Below, piece by piece: positions 1 to 9,736 of a stretch of DNA of 64,000 nucleotides. The DNA is taken from the NCBI GenBank assembly GCA_044892525.1, contig CM097885.1, forward strand, positions 69,130,001-69,194,000. Direction: 5' to 3'. The first letter of the stretch is position 1, and the number at the start of each line of letters is the position of its first letter. The DNA is from Schmidtea polychroa (taxonomy: Eukaryota). Both the position numbers and the translations under genes were made by a program. The notes under the pieces were generated by a model that saw only the letters and a list, made by a program, of their open reading frames with translations, was not told the DNA's origin and made no database searches.

Positions 1-367
1 ATAATAAAATTGATGAACGCAAGACGTTGCAATCACCAACATAGTTAATAGAGAAATAACGCATTTGGAAATCGGCCAACTCGAAAATAAAAGAATAATA
101 AATAAAATAAATAATTAATAATATAAAAAATTAAGAATGATTATTGGTCGTATTTATTTACGAAGGACGATAATCAAATGAATTAGAAATGTTATGGCTC
201 GTATTTCCATACAAAAGAACTACGACAAAGAGTGCAGTATTTAAGAAAAAGAAATGGAACACTTATTTAAAAAAGAAAATTGAAAAAAGAAATAATTAAA
301 AAATAGTTATAAAAAATTCCATTAAAATTGATAAAGAAATAATACATATAGTGATGTTCAATAATTA

Positions 368-1399
368 ATGTTTATTAATTATAGTTGTTTTATTAATAGA
401 AAAACACTGGATTATTTAAATATACTTTATTTGTTAATTGTTATTATGATTTGTGAAGAAATTGTAACTCGCGACCACGCCGAGAAAATCGAGTCGATTC
501 AAGTAGTGACAAGAAATCAGCATAGAAAGATGGTTATGGAATCTTTACCTAAACAGGCAGAAGACATTTTAAATTTTAATATCAGAAGATTCGAGAGCCG
601 AAGCACGATAGAAGCAGAGAAATGGCTCAAGAATATTGAAGATTGGATGATCTTTAATGATCTAAATTTAATAAGTATTTTTGATTTGTTATTGTCTGAA
701 GAGGCATCTATTATCTGGAAAGAATTTAAAGATTTCTCCACAACAAATGAAAAAGCTCGTGAATGGTTTAATGACACATTTACAAAAAAGAAGTCCATTA
801 TGGATGAGATTTGTGACTTATCATCAGTGAAACAAAATCATGATGAAAGATTCGTTACACTCGAGATACGACTGAAGAAACTCGTTGACAAGGTTTTCGA
901 CTGTGGAATTTCAAAAGTGAATATTGTTGAAATGATTTTTTGCAACATAGTTCGGAACGAACTTTTGAAAGAAAATATATCAACGAAGGCCAACATCACG
1001 AGAGAAGAAATCAAAAATTTAGCAAGGTATATGAGGCACGAGAAGGTTATGATGCAAGAACGATTGGAAGAAGTTCAGGCAGTAGCTAAATCAACATATG
1101 CAAACGTTGCTCAAGATAAACAGAAGCACGGACCCAAAAATAATCTTTTGATAACAGAATATATTCAAGTCGTCAACCAGAAAAAAGTTATCAATATAGA
1201 AATGAAAGAAACGAAGGACAAATTGATAAAGTGAAACCTGTGGCAAAACAATATAATAAAAGGACAACTACGGATCGTAGACCACCAACGTTAGTTTTAA
1301 TGAAACGAGAAAGGTTTATAATAGATGTTGTGGTTTACCTGAGCCAGTAGAAGAAAGGTTAAGACCTGGTCAATGCTTTTGTTGTGGACAAAGTGATTA
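368..1399 (+). pseudogene. Gag of the host gypsy element (frameshifted near 1234; true start probably near 530)
   Basis: Capsid-like helical sequence (AEKWLKNIEDW...SSVKQNHDERF...LKKLV); leads into the first half of a zinc knuckle (CFCCGQSD) ending at 1399. Confidence 0.7.
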
Positions 1400-2509
1400 T
1401 GTTAGATGATGAGGGTAGGTCCATCACTACATTTAGCTTAAATAAATATTATAATACTGGGCCCAAAAAATATAGAATCAATGTGTGCGCTGAAGAGCGT
1501 AGGTAAATCAAATAGCCCAATTCCCCAACAATCCAATGCATCAAATAGCAACCAACAATTCAATTCCTCAATCAAATTCATCAAATGATGACAATAACTT
1601 CTGTGTGATGAATTAACATTGACCTATTCATTTTTCATTTTGTAGTATATCTTATTGACATTATTCTATGTGCCCTATTTATTTTATTTGTGTGACATTT
1701 TGTGTGTTTCTAACTTTATTTTTATTTTTATTTGTAATTGTATCGGTAAACACAAAAAAATAAATATATATATATAAAGGGTAAATTTATTAGTTTTATA
1801 AAAGAACAATTAAAATTATTAAAAAAAAAATTATTAATATGAAAATTAATTAGTTCTACAAAATAATAATTATAAAACATCTGTTAAAAGAAAATTCTTT
1901 TTTTTAAGCATAAGAACACTTGAAATATAAAAATAATAATTTAAGTGTTTTAAATAAATCCATTGAGTACACATATAAAAATAATAACAAATTATTCTTG
2001 AAAATAATAACACTTGATAATAGAAAATAATAATAAATTATTTTAAGTATTCTTGAAAATAATAAATCTTGATTTTATAATAATAGAAAATAATAATAAA
2101 TTATTTTAAGTATTCTTGAAAATAATAACTCTTGATTTTATGTCTAAAAAATTAATATAAATAGCGATACAAAATTCATTTTGTTCGCCCAAAAATAGCG
2201 CAACGATTTTATATTCGAAGGTAAATCCTGAGGATAATTCAATCATTTGAATCAGCACAAAACGATTCACAAATAGTAAAAGCTTACGAAGACACAACAC
2301 GCACACACAACAAATAACAATAAACATACTTTCTTTTGCACGCATTTCAGTTGGAGAATTTAACAAACGAGTATCGATTGTTCAGAATTGTAATTGGATT
2401 ATATTTGGTAAATTTTACTTTCAATAAACCTTTATATACGTCTTTATTTGTTTTGTTATATATATAAGAACCAGTAAGTTGAGTGTTCCCGAATATCGAG
2501 ACCTCAACA
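1400..2509 (+). repeat. 5' LTR
   Basis: TGTTAGATG...CCTCAACA. Matches 14335-15444 at offset 12935, with two substitutions seen by eye (1420/14355, 2012/14947). Internal ~55-60 bp AT-rich triplication at about 1990-2140. Confidence 0.97.
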
Positions 2510-2511
2510 TT

Positions 2512-2529
2512 TGGTGCCGCGAACCGGGA
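2512..2529 (+). promoter_or_regulatory. Primer-binding site TGGTGCCGCGAACCGGGA
   Basis: Starts with TGG 2 nt after the LTR end. Complementary to a tRNA 3' end ...UCCCGGUUCGCGGCACCA; resembles tRNA-Phe-type PBSs, but the tRNA identity is not confirmed. Confidence 0.8.
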
Positions 2530-2748
2530 CTTTAAAATCAATTATTGTTATTCACAATTTGGGGGATAGGAATTGAGATCAGAGGGTATAGTATTTTATA
2601 TTGGGAAAATATATTTATAAAAACAATATCATTGACCAATTTTTAAATAAATAAATTCAGTTTTGAAAATTATTAAATAATTCAAAAAGATAAAATAGAT
2701 AATCAACCCGAAATAGTTTATAATCTCAGAAATAGAATAGTCTATAGG

Positions 2749-5700
2749 ATGAATAATAATAATAATAATTACATAAAAATTTTACCAGTAGAACCATATA
2801 GAGGAGAGCCTGAAAAGTTCGACGATTTTTTCACTGAGATCGCTCAGTATGCAGAAGCTTGTGGTTGGACACCTGATGAATTAAAAATGAGAATCCCATT
2901 ATACTTAAAAGGCTATGCGTTACAGGCATACAATAACTTAGAGTGTAAAGGGAATAATTTTGATCAACTCGTAAGATATCTGAGAGCAGAAATAGTAATC
3001 GATAGCGATTTACAAAAGATAAATGTTCAAAAATTTAGAAACAGATATCAGGGTACTAGAGAATCAGTTGGTGAATATGTATATACAATTACGGAGTTAG
3101 CGAAAAAGGCATTTGGTGCAGGTGAGCACACAGCAAAATTAATTGAGGATCAGTTTTGGAATGGTATACAAAAATATTTATATAAAGCACTAATTATGGT
3201 AGAATATGGTAATTTAAACGAATTAGTTCATAAAGCTAAGCGTATAGAAGCAATACAACGAGATAGATTTAGTTCACATGTAGATGCAATGGAAATCCAA
3301 AAACCCATAGAGGTAAAATCTGAGTTGGGTAAGTCAGATGACAACATCCCCTGGGAGGAGATGAAACAACTATATTTGAACTTTGTAAAAAATAGACGAA
3401 GGGTAAGCCCGAGTCCAGATAGAAGTCAATCGCCTGAAAACAGGAGAAGGTTTGACAATGTGAGAAATAGAAATTTTGAGAATAGAAACAATAGAAATAC
3501 TTTCGATAGAGACAATCGTTATGAATATAATAGAAATAATTATACGAGAGATAATAGAGTCGATTTTAGTAGAAATAATTTGAGAAATAATAAATATGAT
3601 AGAAATAATAGACATGATAATAGAGATAATACAAATGAAGTGAGACGTAGACAGACAAGTCCATATAGACAGAATTCATACAGAGAAAGGCGAGGGAGCC
3701 CTTATAATAATGATGGTAGAGATAAAGTAAATTTTAATGGACAGATCAAATGTTATAATTGCCAAAAATATGGTCACTTAGCTAAAGTATGTAACAATGC
3801 GCGAAGCGAATCGCCTAATAGAGTGAGATTTAAAAATGAGCCTGAGATAAAACAGATTAATAGTGCTGAGTTGATATCAGCTAATGATGAAATAAACAGT
3901 TTGAGAGAGGAACTAAAAGAATTTAAAACTCAATATGGGAGACTTATTGAGAGAAAGTTAGAAATGTCATTAAATGAGTTTCAGTGTTTTACCAATGATG
4001 TAGATATAGATAATGATGAGTTTCGTGAAGCAAGAGAAGCGGATGAGAAATTTCTTGCAGAAACAAATAGATGTAAAGAGTTAAAAGAAGAATTGAAAGA
4101 GACATTAGAAAAATGGCCTTATGATGATAATGAGACATTGCGTATAATAAATAGAGTTCAAGTCGAAGGAATTGACTTAGAATATGTGAGAAATTTGATA
4201 CCACTAATGGTAAAGAGACAAAATATGACAAGAGTATTTGAATTAGAAATAGAATTGAAAGAAATGATAAAATGCTATGGTGAATTTGTGAGAAAAAATC
4301 AGAAATTACATGAGTCATTAAATATAACTATTGAGGCAAAGGACCTTTCGAGAATACTTATGCGTAGTACAGGGGTACATGTTTGCACAAAAGTGAATAA
4401 AGTGAAACAGATGGCCAGAGCAAATTGGCCCGAAAAATTGGGAGATAATGATAAAGTGAAACTGTATTTTAACGGCGTAGAAATGATGAATAATGAATAT
4501 ATAATTGACTATGGAGTAAACGTCATTGATAACAATATTATTTCTGCAGTAATAGAAAGGCAAGAAAGTAAACAAGTGGATACACCAACTCCATCAGTAG
4601 AATTGAGTATAAACGATGAAAATGACTACGACAAATTATTTAGATTGTGGGATGCTTCTTCAGGAGGGGCAATGAGGTCACCAACAGCTAGCGAGGAAAT
4701 CTTTAAACCTATAGATACTAAATATGATAATTTACATGAGACAATAGAAAAAATTGCGAAACAAGCAAATATGCAGGATGCAGAGACGATGAGACGAGGT
4801 AGGGGAAGGCCTCGAAAATCGGAAATAGCCGAAAAGTCAGATGACAGAAAGGCAGCAGAGCGTTTAAGAGATATTGCAAATAATATGAGACAGGAAGTCC
4901 CAAAAAATCAGGATAATGACAAAGATATAAAGATGATAACTGAGTTAGTTAAAGCAATGAATATGAGACGATTTCCGGAAGCAAAACCATCAGCGTTAAT
5001 AGAAAATATAGTTAAAAAGATTAAATTAATGGAAAAAGAGATTAGAGAATTGAGTGCAGAGGAAGCAAATGAAGAGACAGTGTTAAAGATATTATTTACA
5101 ACAGGAGTTAATCGAGATAAAGTGATTACGGCAATGGCATACTTAATAGCAAGATACAAGAAACTTTTGCGATTGAATCCAAAGAATCAAATAGAAAATA
5201 TCGCTAAAATGATATATAATAAATTAAAGATAGATGCTATGCCATGGATAAAATTAAAGGGAGGATGGAAAATACTGTATGATGAGAGTCTAATAGAAAG
5301 TGCTCAGGAAAGCGTAGAAGATAATATTAATGTAGAAATAGATGATACGGAGGAAACAGTAAAAAATCTAGTAAATAAAACAACTATGAAACCAAGTCAA
5401 AAAGAAAGAAAGTCGACAATGTCAATAGTAATTATAGTAATAACATTGTTATTAGATCTGATAAAAGGGAATAATGCGATCATAGCGTATGACTGTCAGA
5501 ATCCTAAGTGGGGACAGAAATATTCATTATTAGATGTAGAAAATTGCCCAGAGGCTAATCCAACAAAACTAATTGTTGCAGATCCAAAGATTTTTCACAT
5601 ATATCAAGAGTCTGACTTCATTCACACTGAGGCAGGAGAATGTATCGTTAAATATTCAGAGGAAAGTTTTGTATGTAATAAAATAGCGAGAACAATATTA

Positions 5701-8700
5701 ACTCCAACATGGGCACCAGAAGCGATAATAATAGCACCAATCGAATGCGAAAATGCATTTAAAACAAAAAAGATAAAAACGCCGGATGGATTTGAGTTAA
5801 ATGCTCAGGTAGGAGCACGAGTAAGGCAATTAGTAAATGTCGTTGGATGGTCATCAATAGGAGGATATTGTGAAGGAGGAACATATAAAATATGGGGGCA
5901 CGTAGCAGACAATATTGTAGTAAGACGACAATATTATATTGAATTAAGGAAATTCAAGGCGTCATTTGATAGTTCATCAAAGAAAATGATGACACATAAG
6001 TTCTGTACATTAGATGAGACCAGCTGCGATACAGGTGAGTCAATGATCATATACAAGGTAAATAAATACGAATGCCACCTAACTAAACTAAAGACACTGA
6101 AATTCAGAACGATACGAGGTAAACAGTTCACGGATGTAGATTCCAAGAATATCAAAGACCAAAAACGACGAGCAACGATAATTCAAGAGAGAGATACCCC
6201 AACAATATACATGTCAGATTCTGAAACAGAGGCGATGAGGTTTGTGGGAAAAGGTGAAAGTATTAAATGTGGTAAGGCAGTCATACAAACAAATTACGAG
6301 GGAATTTATATCAGCGGAAGTGAAATTAAAGAGGCAAAATCAAGAATAGATAAATTCGATGTCAAGCTAGCGTCATATTTTAATAATAAAATCGACTACT
6401 TTTATCATCATCAGTTAGTACAATTGGACAAAGTATATCAAGCAACTATTGCAAACGATTGTAAACTTAACAGAGAAATTTTAAGAACAAAGATGGCGGT
6501 TGCAGTCACAAACCCAGATTTAATGGCACCAATTTTATTTGCAGAAAAAGGGACATTTGCAAGAGTTGTCGGTGAAGTGATACAAACATTTCAGTGTAAA
6601 CCGGTTAGCGTATCTTTAGCAACAAATAGTAAGTGCACAAACGAACTACCAGTAGTATATAAAGGAGAAACGGTGTATCTCCAACCAATAACAAGGATAT
6701 TAACAGATAAAGACTATGTCCCGAGAAAAATCGATAAATGTACAAATCTATTAGATCCGTTATACAAAATAAATGATGATATGTGGATTACAATGTCAGA
6801 TAGAAAGGAAGCAACTAAACCACAAAAACTAGAACTAACTGAACTTGAGAAAAAGTTAGAATTTCAGGAAGTCAACGAAATGGATAACAATGGGATGTAT
6901 ACGAGAGAGGCGATAGAGAGCGCCAGAAAACATATGTTATTTCCTCATGAAAAAGAAAAAGTTCTTTCTATCATGGTAAACAAAATCATCGAAAATAGTT
7001 ATGGAGGGAATTACAACTTTGATGTATTATTATCAAAAGAGCACTTCAAGAAAGTTGTGTATAGAGTATTATACAGCATATGGGGATATTTTGCGATTCT
7101 CGGAAATACGTTTTCCACTATATTGGGTATATATTATACAGTAGCACTATTGAAAATGATTTGCTCATCATTAGTTTCGTTAAGACAACTGAGACAAGTT
7201 TTTGGTAATTCATATAAAATGATAGCATGTTTATGTCCATTCATAGCCAAATATTTGATCACTGCGAGGCACGATAAGGAAATCAAACGGATGAAAAGTC
7301 GAAGGGAAGAGGGTGAAATAATGATCACCAATGAAAAAGAGGACGATACAAACAGATCAGAAAATATTGAGCAACCACATATTGGGTTATATGATAATCA
7401 AAGAGAACAATTGACAGAATTAAGAAATAATATTGAAATAAGAATCCCAGGTGAAAATGGTAATTGTCATGGTGTTCCAAGGAAAACTTATGGATGTTAC
7501 GGGTTAGAACTTGACGATATATTAGAAGGGTTAAATGAAGCAAGGCCTAAATTACAAATAGTGATAAATGATACGATAATAAAGGCATTATGTGACACAG
7601 GAGCAGCAGCTTCTATGATTCGTGAAGATCAGTTAACCGGAAACCAAAAGAAAAATATTGTGAGCACAAGAGATAGAGTAATTTCATTATCATCACATTA
7701 CATACCATTAAAAGGAGATATCGAATTAACAGTCCACTTTTCGGATCAAGTGGTTGAACATGTCTTCAAGGTAGTAGCAGAATGTAAATGCGTATGTGTC
7801 CTTGGGATGGACATACTCAAAAAGTTAAAAAACTGTGTAATCGATTTAACGGATAGTACAGTCAAACGGAAGGCAATATATCAAGACGCAAGATTTACTG
7901 AGGTAATTGCATTAGAGACATTTGAACTAGAGTATCAAAGTGATCATATAATTCCAGTAAAAGTTAATGTTAAAAGTGAGGACACTTTCATTTTCGAGCC
8001 TGAAACGGCAATATCACGAAATCATAACGTAATGTTAACAGACGAGTGTGTAATTCCAAATAATGGGATAATTCCAATAAGAATCGCGAATTACGAAAGA
8101 AATAAAGTAAAAATTCATAAAGGTACAAAATTGGGAAAGTTGTTCAAAGGTGAATTAGAGCAAACATTTGAAGTATGTGAGATGTCGATGACGAAGGATG
8201 TCAGTGAAAGAATGGTCGAACAGAGTAGAGCGAATAATATCAAATTTTATGATAAAATTAAAATAAATAATAATTATCTAAATGAAACACAACAACTACA
8301 ACTACAAATATTACTTGACGAATACAGTGATGTTTTTGCAAAACACGAATTTGATTTAGGAGATACTGACATTATCAAACATGTAATCGATACAGGGAAT
8401 GCTAGACCAATAAAACAGAGACCCTATAGTGTACCATATAAACTGAGGGAGGAAATAAAACGACAAATTAAAGAATTAAAAGAGGCAGGCGTAATAAAAC
8501 AAAGTTTTTCACAATGGACATCACCTATCGTACCAGTTAGAAAGAAAGACGGGGAAATTCGAATGTGCATTGATTATCGTAAATTAAATGATGTAACAGT
8601 AAAAGACTCATACCCATTCCCAAAAGCACAAGAACAATATGATAAACATAGAGATACTAAATATTTCACAGTAATAGATGCAAATAAAGGCTACATGCAA

Positions 8701-9363
8701 ATTCAAATGGAAGAGGGGGATGCGGAAAAGACAGCTTTTGTGATAGAAGACGGTTTATATGAATATACAAGATTACCTTTTGGGTTAACTAATGCGCCAG
8801 CAACATTTCAACGTTTAATGAATACAGTATTAGTAGACGTACAACATTGCGCAGTATATATGGATGATATATTAATTTCATCAAAAACATTTGAGGAACA
8901 TCTAAAAGATATAGCTAACGTACTAGAAAGATTAAGAAAAGCAAAAATCAAAATAAAACCCACTAAGTGTAAATGGGCAGAACCTTCAGCATTATTCTTA
9001 GGACATATAGTTACAGTAGATGGTATAATACCTAATCCCGATAAAATTGAAGTAGTTAAAAAATTCCCAGTTCCAAAAACATTACAACAAGTACAGGGAT
9101 TTTTAGGTCTCACAGGATATTATCGTAAATTCATACAAGATTATGCAAAAATAGCAGCACCACTAATTGAATTAACGAAAGGAGTCAAAACAAAGGGAGA
9201 GAGTAAAGGAGTGTTAATAGTGCAGGAAATTAACGATAAAATTAACAAGCCACAAAAGAAATGGAAAGATGAACATCAAAAAGCTTTTGATCAACTAAAA
9301 GAAAAATTAATAACAGCACCGATACTAAGATACCCAGACAAAAATCAAAATAAAACCCACTAA
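2749..9363 (+). CDS. Polyprotein part 1: Gag (CCHC at 3751-3792), AT-hook, Bcl-2-like domain, envelope glycoprotein, aspartic protease, RT; truncated by a duplication-induced frameshift
   Basis: CYNCQKYGHLAKVC; RRGRGRPRK; LFTTGVN...PWIKLKGGW; hydrophobic segment then AYDC...YSLLDVENC; TM near 7063-7180; ALCDTGA (7585-7605); LPFGLTNAPATFQRLM and YMDD (8857-8868). Confidence 0.93.
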   Translation: MNNNNNNYIKILPVEPYRGEPEKFDDFFTEIAQYAEACGWTPDELKMRIPLYLKGYALQAYNNLECKGNNFDQLVRYLRAEIVIDSDLQKINVQKFRNRYQGTRESVGEYVYTITELAKKAFGAGEHTAKLIEDQFWNGIQKYLYKALIMVEYGNLNELVHKAKRIEAIQRDRFSSHVDAMEIQKPIEVKSELGKSDDNIPWEEMKQLYLNFVKNRRRVSPSPDRSQSPENRRRFDNVRNRNFENRNNRNTFDRDNRYEYNRNNYTRDNRVDFSRNNLRNNKYDRNNRHDNRDNTNEVRRRQTSPYRQNSYRERRGSPYNNDGRDKVNFNGQIKCYNCQKYGHLAKVCNNARSESPNRVRFKNEPEIKQINSAELISANDEINSLREELKEFKTQYGRLIERKLEMSLNEFQCFTNDVDIDNDEFREAREADEKFLAETNRCKELKEELKETLEKWPYDDNETLRIINRVQVEGIDLEYVRNLIPLMVKRQNMTRVFELEIELKEMIKCYGEFVRKNQKLHESLNITIEAKDLSRILMRSTGVHVCTKVNKVKQMARANWPEKLGDNDKVKLYFNGVEMMNNEYIIDYGVNVIDNNIISAVIERQESKQVDTPTPSVELSINDENDYDKLFRLWDASSGGAMRSPTASEEIFKPIDTKYDNLHETIEKIAKQANMQDAETMRRGRGRPRKSEIAEKSDDRKAAERLRDIANNMRQEVPKNQDNDKDIKMITELVKAMNMRRFPEAKPSALIENIVKKIKLMEKEIRELSAEEANEETVLKILFTTGVNRDKVITAMAYLIARYKKLLRLNPKNQIENIAKMIYNKLKIDAMPWIKLKGGWKILYDESLIESAQESVEDNINVEIDDTEETVKNLVNKTTMKPSQKERKSTMSIVIIVITLLLDLIKGNNAIIAYDCQNPKWGQKYSLLDVENCPEANPTKLIVADPKIFHIYQESDFIHTEAGECIVKYSEESFVCNKIARTILTPTWAPEAIIIAPIECENAFKTKKIKTPDGFELNAQVGARVRQLVNVVGWSSIGGYCEGGTYKIWGHVADNIVVRRQYYIELRKFKASFDSSSKKMMTHKFCTLDETSCDTGESMIIYKVNKYECHLTKLKTLKFRTIRGKQFTDVDSKNIKDQKRRATIIQERDTPTIYMSDSETEAMRFVGKGESIKCGKAVIQTNYEGIYISGSEIKEAKSRIDKFDVKLASYFNNKIDYFYHHQLVQLDKVYQATIANDCKLNREILRTKMAVAVTNPDLMAPILFAEKGTFARVVGEVIQTFQCKPVSVSLATNSKCTNELPVVYKGETVYLQPITRILTDKDYVPRKIDKCTNLLDPLYKINDDMWITMSDRKEATKPQKLELTELEKKLEFQEVNEMDNNGMYTREAIESARKHMLFPHEKEKVLSIMVNKIIENSYGGNYNFDVLLSKEHFKKVVYRVLYSIWGYFAILGNTFSTILGIYYTVALLKMICSSLVSLRQLRQVFGNSYKMIACLCPFIAKYLITARHDKEIKRMKSRREEGEIMITNEKEDDTNRSENIEQPHIGLYDNQREQLTELRNNIEIRIPGENGNCHGVPRKTYGCYGLELDDILEGLNEARPKLQIVINDTIIKALCDTGAAASMIREDQLTGNQKKNIVSTRDRVISLSSHYIPLKGDIELTVHFSDQVVEHVFKVVAECKCVCVLGMDILKKLKNCVIDLTDSTVKRKAIYQDARFTEVIALETFELEYQSDHIIPVKVNVKSEDTFIFEPETAISRNHNVMLTDECVIPNNGIIPIRIANYERNKVKIHKGTKLGKLFKGELEQTFEVCEMSMTKDVSERMVEQSRANNIKFYDKIKINNNYLNETQQLQLQILLDEYSDVFAKHEFDLGDTDIIKHVIDTGNARPIKQRPYSVPYKLREEIKRQIKELKEAGVIKQSFSQWTSPIVPVRKKDGEIRMCIDYRKLNDVTVKDSYPFPKAQEQYDKHRDTKYFTVIDANKGYMQIQMEEGDAEKTAFVIEDGLYEYTRLPFGLTNAPATFQRLMNTVLVDVQHCAVYMDDILISSKTFEEHLKDIANVLERLRKAKIKIKPTKCKWAEPSALFLGHIVTVDGIIPNPDKIEVVKKFPVPKTLQQVQGFLGLTGYYRKFIQDYAKIAAPLIELTKGVKTKGESKGVLIVQEINDKINKPQKKWKDEHQKAFDQLKEKLITAPILRYPDKNQNKTH
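5479..7180 (+). other. Envelope/fusion glycoprotein domain inside the polyprotein, chuvirus/Monjiviricetes G-like (class III)
   Basis: Preceded by a signal-like segment (MSIVIIVITLLLDLIKGNNA). N-terminal AYDC...SLLDVxxC motif, Cys-rich ectodomain of about 530 aa, C-terminal TM (FAILGNTFSTILGIYYTVALL). Family assigned from remembered motifs. Confidence 0.75.
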
Positions 9364-9736
9364 GTGTAAATGGGCAGAACCTTCAGCATTATTCTTAGGA
9401 CATATAGTTACAGTAGATGGTATAATACCTAATCCCGATAAAATTGAAGTAGTTAAAAAATTCCCAGTTCCAAAAACATTACAACAAGTACAGGGATTTT
9501 TAGGTCTCACAGGATATTATCGTAAATTCATACAAGATTATGCAAAAATAGCAGCACCACTAATTGAATTAACGAAAGGAGTCAAAACAAAGGGAGAGAG
9601 TAAAGGAGTGTTAATAGTGCAGGAAATTAACGATAAAATTAACAAGCCACAAAAGAAATGGAAAGATGAACATCAAAAAGCTTTTGATCAACTAAAAGAA
9701 AAATTAATAACAGCACCGATACTAAGATACCCAGAC
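8943..9736 (+). repeat. 397-bp tandem duplication in the RT/connection region (8943-9339, 9340-9736)
   Basis: CAAAAATCAAAATAAAACCCACTAAG at 8942 and 9339. Antisense ORF starts at 9113 and 9510 differ by 397. 397 is not a multiple of 3, so the duplication shifts the frame. Confidence 0.95.
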
